Source: an uncultured Chloroflexia bacterium
GTDB taxonomy: Bacteria > Chloroflexota > Limnocylindria > QHBO01
Reading direction: 5' to 3'
Assembly: GCA_963787025.1 (NCBI GenBank)
Contig: CAWBBG010000027.1
Span: forward strand, 580 to 64,579
DNA: 64,000 nucleotides
Shown: one piece after another, positions 10,673 to 21,419 of the stretch
Layout of the letters: every line of letters begins with the position of its first letter
Numbering within the stretch: the stretch's first letter is position 1
Program-made: the position numbers and the translations under genes
Notes under the pieces: model-generated
What the model saw: the letters and a program-made list of their open reading frames with translations, nothing else
The model's database searches: none
What the model was told of the DNA's origin: nothing

Positions 10673-12621
10673 CGGCGCACCGCCATCCCCGCCTGCTGAC
10701 CGATCTGCCCCAGCACGTTGTCCTTGTAGCTCTCCAACAGAACCTTCCCGTCAGGCGTGAACCGCTCCAGCTCGAGGCGGTCCATCGTGATGCAGTTGGT
10801 TGGACACCGTTCGACGCAGAGGTTGCAACGGATGCAGCGCTCCTCGTCGATGATCATGGCAATGCCGCGGGGCCACGACTGGAACAGGTCGATCTCCGGA
10901 TCGTCGCCGCCCACCTGCGCCTTGTCGATCATGTAGATCACGCCCTCGGGGCAGACATCGGCGCAGAGTCCGCACAGGATACAGCGTGGCCCGTCGATGT
11001 TGATGTTGTGGTTGCACTGCAGGCAGCGCGACCCTTCCTCGATCGCGGTGCGCGTGTCGTAGCCCACCTCGACCAGGCTGGTGAAGTCGCGCCGCAGCTC
11101 CGGGGGCGCCATGGGGATGTGGTGGCGGGTGAACGCCTCGTAGTCCTTGGGCATGTCGTGCTCGAGGGCCTGGGTGACCACCGCGCGGTTGATGACCGGC
11201 AGCTCCTCGAGGGCCGCGCCACGCTCACCCCGGAGCCAGCGGTCGATGGCCCGTGCGGCGCGGCGGCCCCGCCCTGCCGATTCGATGATCGTGGCCGGGC
11301 CGGTGACGAAGTCGCCGCAGGCGAAGACGCCCGGGGTGCTCGTCTCGAACGTGTCCGGGTTGATCGTCAGGTATCCACGCTTGAACGCGAACTCGTCGCC
11401 ATCGGCGCCGTTGCCGGTGGAAGGCGGCGGGGTGCGCCAGGCGGAGACGGAGCCGCCGCTGAGCACCGAGCGGCTGTCGGTCACGCCCAGATGACGGTTG
11501 AGCTGGCTGCCGTACTGGCCCAGGACGTTGTTGTCGGCGGCCTGGCTGGTGCACGGGACGACCATGTCGCAGGGGACCACGAACTCACTGCCGGGGATCG
11601 GCTCGGCCGAGCGGCGGCCGGAGGCGTCCGGCGGACCCAGGCGCGTGCGGAGGAACTTCATCCCCACCACCTTGCCGTGCTCGTCGCCCACGACCTCGAC
11701 CGGCGAGGCGAAGAACTCGAAGCGCACGCCCTCGAAGCGCGTCTCGTGCTGCTCCTCCTCGTCCACCACCATCTCGTCCGGTCCGCGCCGGTAGAGGATG
11801 GTGGAGGTCTTGGCGCCCAGCCGCAGCGCCGTCCGCGAGGAGTCCATGGCGGTGTAGCCGCCGCCGATGACCAGGACGTGATCGCCCACCCACTGCTCCT
11901 GGCCCAGGTTCGCGCGCTTGAGGAAGTCCACGCCGTAGATGACGCCGTCGAGCTCCTCGCCGGGGACGTTCATGGCCACCGGGAACATGCAGCCGGTTGC
12001 CACCACCACCGCGTCATGGCGCTTGCGGAGCTCGTCCAGCGTGATGTCGCGGCCGATCTCGACGTTGTAGTGGAACTCGACCCCGTGCTTCGCGACCCAG
12101 GCCACGTCGAGCTCGATCACGTCGCGCGGCAGGCGGAAGGCCGGGACGCCGATCAGCGTGGTCCCGCCGCCGGACGGGAGCGCCTCGTAGATGTGGACCT
12201 CGTGGCCGTCGGCCGCCAGGTCCTTCGCCACCGAGAGGCCCGATGGCCCGGCGCCCACGACCGCCACGCTCCGGCCCGTGGATGGGGCCACCTGCACGTG
12301 GTCGGGCATGTTGTTGCCGTAGTGCCAGTCGACGAGGAAGCGCTTCATGGCGCGGATGGCGAGCGGCTTGTCGATGTCCGCGCGGCGGCAGGCCTTCTCG
12401 CACGGGGCGCTGCACACGTACCCGCAGATGGCGGCCACCGGGTTCGGGTCGCGGGCGAGGATGTAGCCCTCTTCGAAGCGACCCTCGGCGGCCAGCATCA
12501 GGTAGCCCCGACAGTTGGTGTTGACCGGGCAGCCTTCCTGGCACTCGATGTTGCACTGCAACCAGTCGACGCCAACCTCGGCGGTCTGGAACCGGAGCGG
12601 AATTGCGTTCTCGGAGATCAA
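10669..12621 (-). CDS. FAD/NAD(P)H-dependent Fe-S oxidoreductase (GltD/NfnB/DsrL-like) with C-terminal 2x[4Fe-4S] ferredoxin
   Basis: [19 protein letters not shown]; GAGPSG; [11 protein letters not shown]; GDFVTGP; RCLQC; [12 protein letters not shown]; [12 protein letters not shown]; TTG start. Confidence 0.92.
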   Translation of the reverse strand: MISENAIPLRFQTAEVGVDWLQCNIECQEGCPVNTNCRGYLMLAAEGRFEEGYILARDPNPVAAICGYVCSAPCEKACRRADIDKPLAIRAMKRFLVDWHYGNNMPDHVQVAPSTGRSVAVVGAGPSGLSVAKDLAADGHEVHIYEALPSGGGTTLIGVPAFRLPRDVIELDVAWVAKHGVEFHYNVEIGRDITLDELRKRHDAVVVATGCMFPVAMNVPGEELDGVIYGVDFLKRANLGQEQWVGDHVLVIGGGYTAMDSSRTALRLGAKTSTILYRRGPDEMVVDEEEQHETRFEGVRFEFFASPVEVVGDEHGKVVGMKFLRTRLGPPDASGRRSAEPIPGSEFVVPCDMVVPCTSQAADNNVLGQYGSQLNRHLGVTDSRSVLSGGSVSAWRTPPPSTGNGADGDEFAFKRGYLTINPDTFETSTPGVFACGDFVTGPATIIESAGRGRRAARAIDRWLRGERGAALEELPVINRAVVTQALEHDMPKDYEAFTRHHIPMAPPELRRDFTSLVEVGYDTRTAIEEGSRCLQCNHNINIDGPRCILCGLCADVCPEGVIYMIDKAQVGGDDPEIDLFQSWPRGIAMIIDEERCIRCNLCVERCPTNCITMDRLELERFTPDGKVLLESYKDNVLGQIGQQAGMAVRR

Positions 12622-12765
12622 GGGCGTCGTTCGCTCATGCTGAGTTCCGCGCAGCGGATCATGGGGGCGAAGTCGCGGCGCGCTCGATGCTACCGTCCGC
12701 GCGCTCGGCGTGTCAAAGCATTTTCTGGTCCGGCCCCGCTCGCCGCGGGACGGCGCGACCCGCGG

Positions 12766-14866
12766 TCAACGGAAGAAGTGGGCCTCCATGATCCTGCGGG
12801 TGATGGGCGCCGCGAAGTCCCCGCCGTTCCCGAGCGGGACGGTGACGACCACCGTGGCGACGGCGATGGTCGGGTCGTTCATGGGCGCGAAGGCGGGGAA
12901 CCACGCATCGGGGTCGGGCCCACCCGTCTCCGCGGTGCCGCTCTTGCCGGCGACCGCGATGGGGAAGCCCAGAAAGGCGCGATGGGCGGTCCCCAGGGAG
13001 GAGGCCACGACCGCGCGCATGGTGGTCACCACGTAGTCCATCACGTCGCGCCGCAGCTGGATGACGTGGTGGTAGGTGGGGTGGCTGTCGTAGACCAGCG
13101 TTCCATCGGGAAGCGTCGCCTTGAGCACGATCCGGGGCTGCCAGAGGATGCCGCGGTTGCCCCAGGCGGCATAGGCGGTGGCCAGCTGCAGCGGGGTGCC
13201 CAGGTACGAGCCCTGGCCGATGGCCAGCTGTATCTGGTCGAACGGCCCGTAGGGGGAGTACTGCCCGTTCCAGCGCTGGTGCGACTCGAAGTAGGCCGCA
13301 TCGGGCAGGATCCCGGCGCTCTCCACCAGGAAGGGGATCCCGGTGGCCTCGCCGAACCCGAAGTTGTGCAGCAGATCGGTCAGCGCGGTCCGGTTCTTCT
13401 CGTAGACCCGGACGCTGAGCGGCATGTAGGTCGTGTTGCAGGAGAGGGCCATGGTGTCGACCCAGGTCCGCAGCCCCGGGAGCGTCTCGTACATCCAGTT
13501 CTTGAACGTGAAGCCCGAGTAGGTCCAGGTACCGGGGCAGAGCATGCGGTCGGTGGTCTTCACCGTGCCGGTCTGCAGCGCCGCGCCCAGGGTGAACGGC
13601 TTGAAGTCCGATCCTGCCGGATAGGCCCCCAGCACCGCCTTGTCGATGATCTGCTCCGACGATGGCTGCGCCAACGGCGCTCCGCCCAGGGTGGTCCCCA
13701 GGGTCATCGCGTTCGGATCGAACCGCGGCAGGGAGGCCAGGACCCAGACGTCGCCGCTCTTCGGATCGATGGCGGCGCTGCCGACGCGTGGATAGCGGGC
13801 CATGGCGGCCTCGGCGGCGCGCTGGAGCTTGGGCTGGATGGTGATCGTGAGGTCGGCGCCCGGCGTCATGTCGGTGTGCAGCACCGTCGTCGGGTCGCCA
13901 CCGGGTCGAACCGCTGAGAGGGTGAACCCCGGCGTTCCGCGCAGGAGGTCCTCTGCGCCGTGCTCGAGCCCGCTGCGGCCCACCCAGTCGCCAGCCTGGT
14001 AGCCCCTGGCGGCGAGGGTCTTCAGGTCATCGGCGGTGATCTTGCTGACGTAGCCGATGGCCTGTCCCGCCAGGTACTCCTGGGGGTAGACCCGCATGCC
14101 GTCCTCGCGGGTCGTGGCAAAGACCGTGCCGTCGGTGGCCACGATCTTGCCCCTCGGCGAGGTCTGACGGCTCAGCTCCAGCGTGCCGTCCGTCCCGAGC
14201 GCGCTGAACAGCGACGCCGGAGTCCAGCGAACCTGCCAGTCACTGGCGCCCCGAACCAGGAGCAGGGTCCTTGACAGGGTCACCGCACCGAACAGGTCCG
14301 TGGTCAGGTCGATCGTCGCGTCGACCGCCATGGCCGGCACCGGCCCCGGGATGATGGGTCCCGGGCTCGCGGGCGCGAATCGGGGATGGCGACGGCGATT
14401 CCGACGCGGATGCCGGGGGAGAGAGGTCCGGGGAGGGGGCGCCCGGCGCCGGGGAGCCGGCGGAAGCGCCAGCGGAGCCCGCCGGGGTGGCTGACGGCGG
14501 CGGGGCGAGGTCCGGCGGCATCGGCTCGGGCGGGAGCGCGGTCGGCACCGCGTCGCCTGCGGTGGCGCTGACCTTCGTCAGGCGGACGAGGCTGGAGAAC
14601 CGGGTGTAGAGGCTCACGAACTGCTCGTGACCGTAGGCGGCCTGGTCCGCCGGCGCGACGAGCTCCCACATGCGCTCGATGTTCCCCGCCATCCAGGCCG
14701 CGAGGAACTTGCGCGCCACGAGACCCGCCCGATCGGTGGGCGGAACCGGGGCGGGGGTCGGGTACGGGGTGGGGCTCGGTCCGACCGAGCAGGCGGCCAG
14801 CACGAGGACCACGCCCACCATCGCCACGGCTCCCCGGCGCAGGCTGCTCCCCCGGCGCGGCATCAT
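12766..14866 (-). CDS. lipoprotein penicillin-binding transpeptidase with NTF2-like N-terminus (frameshift near 14350-14390)
   Basis: Lipobox LVLAAC; SxxK (GSDFK), SCN, KSGT; Pro/Ser-rich linker. Confidence 0.87.
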
Positions 14867-15582
14867 CGGGCCAGCATCACCCGGCGGAATCCCTCGGCGG
14901 CCCGATAGCCGGCCCGCTCGCCGAGCTCCTCCGATGTGCGGCGCAGCCAGCGTTCGGTATCCGCGAACTCCCGGAACTGGCTCTCGTGGCAGCGCAATGC
15001 CGCGATCTTGCGGTCGAGCGTCGCACCGATGTCGACCAGCTGGTTTGCCTCGTTCGTGCTCCACAGGTACAGCTCCGCCACCTTCCAGGGCTGCAGCCCG
15101 GCGTCGAGGTGCTCGCGCAGGTTCAGCGGGTCGCGCGCGGTCGGGAAGACCGCATCCACGGTGACCATCCCCACCGCGCGGTGGTCGGGATGGTTGACCC
15201 ACTCGTTGTTCACGAAGAGGACGGTGGGGTCGTGGGTCATGACGATCTCTGGCCGATATCGGCGGATGGCGTACGTGATCCGCTCCCGCAGCCTCAGGCC
15301 GGGCTCCACCTGGCCGTCCGGCTCGTCGAGAAAGTCGACGCCTTCGACACCCAGCTCGGCCGCGGCGTGCCGCTGCTCCGCCTCGCGAAGGACGCCCAGG
15401 CTGTCGGGGTCGACCGTCGGGTCGTCGCTGCCCTTGTCGCCGCGGGTGACCAGCAGGTATCGGACGCGTGCCCCCTCGTCGATCCAGCGGGCAACCGTGC
15501 CGGCGGCACCGAATTCGATGTCGTCGGGGTGAGCCGCAACGACGAGCACGCGTTCGGGGGTCGGAAGGCGATCAGTCGGCAT
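14863..15582 (-). CDS. PIG-L/LmbE family N-acetyl deacetylase
   Basis: AHPDDIE, TRGDKG, HPDH motifs. Confidence 0.92.
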   Translation of the reverse strand: MPTDRLPTPERVLVVAAHPDDIEFGAAGTVARWIDEGARVRYLLVTRGDKGSDDPTVDPDSLGVLREAEQRHAAAELGVEGVDFLDEPDGQVEPGLRLRERITYAIRRYRPEIVMTHDPTVLFVNNEWVNHPDHRAVGMVTVDAVFPTARDPLNLREHLDAGLQPWKVAELYLWSTNEANQLVDIGATLDRKIAALRCHESQFREFADTERWLRRTSEELGERAGYRAAEGFRRVMLAR

Positions 15583-15719
15583 CGGGTATCCGTGGGGTGC
15601 GGTGTTCGGTCCGTGCGGGATGCGCGGCGCTCGGGCGGGCGCTCTGCGGGCTGCGCAATCCTAGCAGCCGCCCCTGCTCGTGCCGGGCCGGCGCCCCACC
15701 GGGTGGAGCCTCGCCGGCG

Positions 15720-18578
15720 TCATGCCGGCAGCTTCGCCGCCTCCCGCGGTCCGTCGACCCCCGTCTCGCCCGAGGAACCTGCGGGAAGATCCCGGCCGTC
15801 CGCGGCCGAGTCCTTCGCCGGCTTTGGCGCCGTGCGCGACGGGAGGCGGACGAGCCGGTCACGCGGCTCCGCCAGCACCCGCTCTGCCCAGTCCGCGACC
15901 GCCTCGTCGTGGCTGAAGAGGACGACCTGGCGCTCTTGGCTCAGCTCGTGCAGGACGCGGAGCAGGCCGGCGCGCCGCTCCGGGTCCGCCTGCGCGGTCA
16001 CCTCGTCGAGCAGGAGCGGTGCCGTCTCGCCGGTGGTGACCAGGTGCTGCGCCATCGCCACCCGCAGCAGGAGATAGATCTGCTCGCGCGTGCCGGCCGA
16101 CAGCAGCCGTGCCTCGCGCCACGCCCCGCTGGCGGCTTCACGGACCCGGATCGACAGGTCGGCCGGATCGACGCTCACCTCCTCGTAGGCGCCACCGCTG
16201 ACGACGGGCAGCCAGCGCTGCACCGCCGCCGCCAAAATCGGCGCCAGGTCGCGGTGGACCCGGTCCTGCGCGGCCTTCAGGAGCCGAAGGGTCTCGTCCA
16301 CGGTGCCGGCAAGCGCCAGCACGCGGTCGAGCTCCGCGGTCGCGGAGGCGACCGCCTCCTCCGTCTCCGTGACGTCCGGGAGTGCCCCGCGCAGGACGTC
16401 CAGCGCGCCGCGCAGCTCGTGCGCGGCGCGATCCGCCACGGCAACCTGCTCGCGTTCGTCCGCCACGAGGGCATCGAGCTCCGCGCGACCAACGAGGCGC
16501 TCCACTTCGTCCGGGCCGAGGTCGGCGGCCAGCCCCGTCGCTTCGCGGAACTGCCGATACGCGTCGGCGCGAAGCGTTTCGAGCGACCGGCCGTCGAGCA
16601 GGTCGCTGAGCTCGCGCCATTCCTCGATGGCAGACTGGTTTGCGCCCATTGCGTCAGCGCGTCGTCGCTGCCACGCGCGCAGCGCCTCGACCAGAGGCTC
16701 CGGGTCCGGGTCCGCACCAGGCGAGACCTCGACCCGCGACGCGACATCGACCAGGGCGCCTCGCGCAGCCTCGATCGCCCGTTCGACCGCGGCCGCCGTC
16801 TCCTCCGCCGTGCGGCGCGTGGCCAGCTCCCTGCGGATCGAGTCGGCACGCGCGGCCGCCGCGGCCTGGGTGGCCCGCCGCTCGCACGTCGCCTCGTAGG
16901 CGGCCCAGGCGGCTCGCGGGTCGGACTGGCCTGAGACGCCGCGCTCCGCCAACGCGGCCAGCAGCGAGCGCACGGCCGAGCGCGCCCGTTCGTCGAGCTC
17001 CTCGTGCCGCACCCGCCATTCCGCCGCGAGCGCCGCTTCACGGATCCGCCCGAGCGTGCGGTCCGCCAGCGTTTCGAGCGCCGCCGGCTCGTCGGGCCAC
17101 CCATGGTCGCGCGCCTCGGCGGCCGCGGCGGCCCGCTCCGAGGTGGCGCGCGCCTGCGCGTTCCGGTATGGCGTCAGGGCGGCCTCTGCGCTCGCCACCC
17201 CGCGCTGAGCCGCTCTGCGCCCGGCGCCCGAACGCCATGCCCAGGCGACCAGCCCGAGGCCGGCTGCGGCCAGCGCAGCGCCGGCGAGCACGAAAAGCGT
17301 TGCCGCGACGAAGACGCCGACAGCCACGAAGGCCAACCCGAGACCCGTCGCAACCAGGGAAGAACCGCCCGTGGTCGACGCGGCGCCGCGCGCGGTCGCG
17401 AGCTGCTCCTCCAGCGCCTCCACGCCGGCCGGCATGGGGGCCGAGAGGCGACGGGCGACGGACCGCATGGTCTCGGCCGTGCTGACGTCCGCCGGGTCGC
17501 CACCATCCGGCTCCTCGCCGAGCATGGCGATCGCCTCCTCGGCGCGCTCGAGGTCGCGGAGCAGCGCGCGCGCGGCAGGGTCTGGCTGGAGTTCGCCGAG
17601 CGGGGGCTCCGGGAGCTCCGCGAGCTCCGCGGCGAGCGCCTCACTCGGAGCACCGGCGAGGACCACGGGAGCGGGGCGCCGCTCCCAGCCGTCGATCGCG
17701 GCCGCGACCGCGTCGGCATCCGCGTCGCGTGCGCCGAGCGTGGGCGGCGCCACCGGGTGGCGCGCCGACAGCGCAGCGGCGCGATGGGCCACGTCCACGG
17801 CCCGGCGGGCCCGGCCCAGGGCGCGGGCGGCGGTGACGATGGCCAGCGCACGACGGGCATCCGCGAGTCCGTGCTCCGCCTCCTCCGCACGTCGGGTGTG
17901 CTCGAGGTGCTCCGCGTGGCGCGCTCTCGCCACGGCGAGCTCCTGGGTGGCGCGCTCAAGCCGCACGCGCGCCATGCGCAGGGGGCCCTTGGCGGCAACC
18001 GTGTCCGCACCAACAGCCTCCCGACGGAACTCGACGAGGCGCTCGATGGCCTGTGCCGCGGTGGCATCCGTGCCGCGCGTCGCCGCCGCCCGCTGCATCT
18101 GCTCCTGGAGCTGGTCCGCGGCATCCGCCACGGCCATGATCTCCGCCTGGCTGACGGACACCGTCGCGGCGAAGGCATCGCGGTCGAGGCCGAGCCAGCG
18201 CGACGCGTCCGGCGTGCCGTCGAGGATCTCGTCGGAGACGTCACGGCCGAGGACGACGTCCACCGCCCGGCAGGCCACCTTCCCCGCCAGGTCCTGGTGG
18301 ATGTCGATGGTGCGACCGTCGTCGAGGTCGAGACGCGCCTCCACCTCCCAGCGATCGGGGATGTCCCACGGCCGGTGGCGGTCCGACAGCGCGGTGTCCG
18401 CGTTGGTTGTGCGCCCCCGCCCGCGACGGACGCCGGTGATGGCCAGGCGCGTCGCCGCGTGCCAGCTGGACTTCCCCGCCTCGTTTGGCCCCGCGACGAC
18501 GGTCATCCCCTGGGCCAGCTCGAGCGTCTCGTTCTCGAAGGGACCGAAGGCCCGGGCCACGACCCGCTGGATGCGCAC
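15720..18578 (-). CDS. Rad50/SbcC-like ATPase (YhaN-type) with central hydrophobic hairpin
   Basis: Walker A GPNEAGKS; long coiled coil; LSAGTREQ signature; LLLDE; FSH. Confidence 0.88.
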   Translation of the reverse strand: MRIQRVVARAFGPFENETLELAQGMTVVAGPNEAGKSSWHAATRLAITGVRRGRGRTTNADTALSDRHRPWDIPDRWEVEARLDLDDGRTIDIHQDLAGKVACRAVDVVLGRDVSDEILDGTPDASRWLGLDRDAFAATVSVSQAEIMAVADAADQLQEQMQRAAATRGTDATAAQAIERLVEFRREAVGADTVAAKGPLRMARVRLERATQELAVARARHAEHLEHTRRAEEAEHGLADARRALAIVTAARALGRARRAVDVAHRAAALSARHPVAPPTLGARDADADAVAAAIDGWERRPAPVVLAGAPSEALAAELAELPEPPLGELQPDPAARALLRDLERAEEAIAMLGEEPDGGDPADVSTAETMRSVARRLSAPMPAGVEALEEQLATARGAASTTGGSSLVATGLGLAFVAVGVFVAATLFVLAGAALAAAGLGLVAWAWRSGAGRRAAQRGVASAEAALTPYRNAQARATSERAAAAAEARDHGWPDEPAALETLADRTLGRIREAALAAEWRVRHEELDERARSAVRSLLAALAERGVSGQSDPRAAWAAYEATCERRATQAAAAARADSIRRELATRRTAEETAAAVERAIEAARGALVDVASRVEVSPGADPDPEPLVEALRAWQRRRADAMGANQSAIEEWRELSDLLDGRSLETLRADAYRQFREATGLAADLGPDEVERLVGRAELDALVADEREQVAVADRAAHELRGALDVLRGALPDVTETEEAVASATAELDRVLALAGTVDETLRLLKAAQDRVHRDLAPILAAAVQRWLPVVSGGAYEEVSVDPADLSIRVREAASGAWREARLLSAGTREQIYLLLRVAMAQHLVTTGETAPLLLDEVTAQADPERRAGLLRVLHELSQERQVVLFSHDEAVADWAERVLAEPRDRLVRLPSRTAPKPAKDSAADGRDLPAGSSGETGVDGPREAAKLPA

Positions 18579-18580
18579 CG

Positions 18581-19672
18581 TCAGGCGACCTCCAGGTCGC
18601 GCCGGCCCTCGAGCGCACGGAGGCCGGTGAGGACCACGCGCCGGCGCTGGTCCGCGTCCTCGATCGCCTCGGCGGCCCGCACGAAGTGGCCGCGCACCGT
18701 GGTCTCGCGCTCGATCTCCGCCAGGTCGTAGCCGGTCTCCAGCCGCCCGACACGAAGCACAAGGTCCGGAATGGCGCCGGCGATCCTTGCCAGCTCGCGG
18801 CGATCGAGCTCCAGGCTTGGCGCCACCTCGCCGTCGAGGGTGATGCGAATGCAGCCGCTTCGCCCCTCGCGCGCCGCGTCGATGGCGCGCTCCACCTCGT
18901 CGAGGTGCGCGGCCCCGTCCAGGGTCACCACCAGGTCATGGACCTCGCTCACCGCCACGATGCGACGTTCGCGGCGCACGCCGCCGTCGGGGGCGACCTC
19001 CGCCAGGACGGCGCCGCGCTCGCCCTGCTCCCCGAACTCGAGCGGGTCCGGATTGCCCGGGTAGGTGTACCGCTCGGCGTCGCGCGGCAGGTGATAGTGC
19101 CCGAGGAACGCGTGGTGGATCCCAGCAGCGTCCAGCTCCGCGGCGTCGAACGGCGCGTGGGGCTGCTTGCCGCTCTCCTGCCAGCCGAGGGCACCGCGCT
19201 CCGATGCATGTGCCAGCGCCAGGTGGACGCCGCCACGATCCGGGCGGAAGCCGGTGAAGAACGGGTCCGTGTTCGCCGGGGCCCGATGCGCCGCACCCCA
19301 CAGGGTCAGCCCATCGGCGAGGGTCACCGCCTCCAGCGAGGCCTCCCGGAAGACGCGCACGTTGGGGGACCACTCGGTGAGGACGTACGGGCTGCGCGGC
19401 GAGAGCCAGTCATGGTTGCCCGGCGCCAGGAAGACGGGGACCGGTACCGCGGCGAAGCTGGCGCGCAGGAACTCGACGGTGTCCGGGCTGACGCGATCGT
19501 GTTCGAACAGGTCCCCCGCGCAGAGCACGGCGTCCACGCCCTCGTCGGACGCGAGGCGCAGGATCCTGGTCAGCGTCTCGCGGCGGTTGCGACGGCGGAC
19601 CCGCGCCGTCTCGGGGCTGGCCCAGGCGAACGGGGCGTCGAGGTGGAGGTCGGCGAAATGGAGGAGCTTCAT
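18581..19672 (-). CDS. Mre11/SbcD-like metallophosphoesterase nuclease (YhaO-type)
   Basis: ADLHLD, AGDLFE, PGNHD, LGHYH, YPGNP. Confidence 0.92.
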   Translation of the reverse strand: MKLLHFADLHLDAPFAWASPETARVRRRNRRETLTRILRLASDEGVDAVLCAGDLFEHDRVSPDTVEFLRASFAAVPVPVFLAPGNHDWLSPRSPYVLTEWSPNVRVFREASLEAVTLADGLTLWGAAHRAPANTDPFFTGFRPDRGGVHLALAHASERGALGWQESGKQPHAPFDAAELDAAGIHHAFLGHYHLPRDAERYTYPGNPDPLEFGEQGERGAVLAEVAPDGGVRRERRIVAVSEVHDLVVTLDGAAHLDEVERAIDAAREGRSGCIRITLDGEVAPSLELDRRELARIAGAIPDLVLRVGRLETGYDLAEIERETTVRGHFVRAAEAIEDADQRRRVVLTGLRALEGRRDLEVA

Positions 19673-19777
19673 GCGCGATCGGTTCGAAGCGTAGCCGATC
19701 GGCGTGACAGCTCACCTGTCGCGTGGACACGACGACGAGCCGCCTGCGCGGCCGCGCGCCGTGCGCAGGCACCCGCC

Positions 19778-19927
19778 TCAGCCGGGCCGGTCCTCGCGCT
19801 CGTTGACCACCTGCACGACGAGCAGGATGGCGGCGATGACCAGAAGCAGGTTGACGATGGCCCCGATCTGGACCAGGAGCCCCACGAGCCAGAGGACGAG
19901 AACAACGGCGACGGCGACCCAGATCAT
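19778..19927 (-). CDS. 49-aa membrane protein (lmo0937/DUF5670-like)
   Basis: MIWVAVAVVLVLWLVGLLVQIGAIVNLLLVIAAILLVVQVV; ATGA overlap with bcp. Confidence 0.75.
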   Translation of the reverse strand: MIWVAVAVVLVLWLVGLLVQIGAIVNLLLVIAAILLVVQVVNEREDRPG

Positions 19928-20391
19928 GGCCTGGGGAGGACCTCCAGCAGCTGGTCGAGATGGGCCTCGGGGCGGACGCGCGGAAGCACGTGCTCGACGC
20001 GCCCATCGGGCCCGATGACGAAGGTCGTGCGCTCGTTGCCCATGTAGGTCCGTCCGTAGCGGGTCTTCTCGATCCAGACCCCGAAGGCATCGGCCACCCG
20101 GTGCCCCTCGTCGGCAAGGAGCGGGTAGGGCAGCCCGAACTTCTCCCGGAACCGCACGTGGCTCGCCACCGAATCGGGAGAGACGCCGTAGAGCACCGCC
20201 CCCGCCTCCTGCAGGCGCTCCCACCCGTCACGGATGGCGCACGCCTGGGTCGTGCACCCGGGAGTGTCGTCCTTGGGATAGAAGTACAGGACGTAGCGCC
20301 GCCCGGCCAGGGTCTGGTTGGTGACCTGCTCGCCCTGGTCGGTGGTCAGGCTGAAGGGCGGGACAAGGTCACCGGCGATGGGTCTGCTCAT
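19924..20391 (-). CDS. bcp: thioredoxin-dependent peroxiredoxin BCP
   Basis: YFYPKDDTPGCTTQAC, ERTTFVIG. Confidence 0.93.
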   Translation of the reverse strand: MSRPIAGDLVPPFSLTTDQGEQVTNQTLAGRRYVLYFYPKDDTPGCTTQACAIRDGWERLQEAGAVLYGVSPDSVASHVRFREKFGLPYPLLADEGHRVADAFGVWIEKTRYGRTYMGNERTTFVIGPDGRVEHVLPRVRPEAHLDQLLEVLPRP

Positions 20392-20406
20392 GCGGGCATC
20401 GTAGCG

Positions 20407-21394
20407 TCAGGGCTCCATCTCCTCCAGCGCCACGAGCACCGGCGGCAGGTCGCGCGGCTGCAGCCGGTCGACGAGGTCGCGGGCAATCGCCTCGATGGTT
20501 GCGTCCGCGGCCTCCGACAGGGCGTGACCCGCGCCGGGGATCAGCTCCATGGACGGCTCGTCCCCCACCCCGCGGAGCACCTCGTAGAGCAGCCGCGACT
20601 CGTCCGGGTCGGCCCACGCGTCTTCGGCTCCGTGCACCAGGCTCACGGACCGATGGAGCATGGTCGCCAGCGCCATCGGCGGCGTGCGGAATGCCTGCTC
20701 CCAGGCGGCCAGGTTGAGCCGGACCGATCCCGCGGTCCCTGGGAGCGACAACGGCATGGCCCGCTCGTGCCGGGCCACCCGCTCGATGAGCTCCTCGCTC
20801 GATCGATCCAGGGCCGCGACAAACGGATGCTGACGATCGGTCCCCGTCCGGTCCCGTGCCGCGGCGCCGTGGCGCAGGAGCTCCCGACCGGAGCGGGCGG
20901 ATCCGCCGACGAGGGTGAGCGCTCCGATCGCCGGGTCCGCGACGGCCACCGAGAGGCCGATGGCCACTCCCTCTCCGTGGGCCACGATCGCCGGTCCGGG
21001 ACAGGTCGAGCTCGCGGCGGCCGCGCATGGCACCCAGCGCGTCACGCGCATCGTCGATGCGCGTGAAAAGGTCGGCGGCGGCCCAGTCACCCTCGGACGC
21101 GGCGCAGCCGCGGGCGTCGTAGCGGAACGACGCGACACCCACGCCGGCGAGCGCGCGGGCGAGGCGGTCCAGGAGACCCGGGCGGACGGGCGCCATCGGT
21201 CCGGATGCGAACCATCCAGGATGACCCCGGTCGTCGAAGACGCCGTCGCGGTCCCTCGGCAGCCAGGAGGAGAGGAGCAGCGCCCAGGGGTACCGACCGC
21301 GTCGATCTGCCGGCGCCGGCGAATCCGGCAGCAGGAGCTCGCCGGCCAGGGTGATCTCCCCGGCCCGAAACGCAGCCTCCACCGGTCGCGGCAT
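20407..21394 (-). CDS. alpha/beta hydrolase-fold protein lacking the nucleophile Ser (frameshift near 20995)
   Basis: LAGELLLP, RYDARGCAASEG, AHGEG at the nucleophile elbow, HGAED, GAGH. Confidence 0.8.
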
Positions 21395-21419
21395 GCGTCG
21401 AGGGTACACTCGGCCTCCC

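Noticed and set aside
10669-12621. Flavoprotein as glutamate synthase small subunit or as evidence of Dsr metabolism
   Set aside because: No gltB or dsr genes are present; it has an extra ferredoxin domain and is coupled to cytochrome b.
11008-13917. Long antisense ORFs (969 aa here; also 17004-18731, 31492-33429, 49115-51205, 60015-62186)
   Set aside because: These are shadow frames of real genes in high-GC DNA, with no recognisable motifs.
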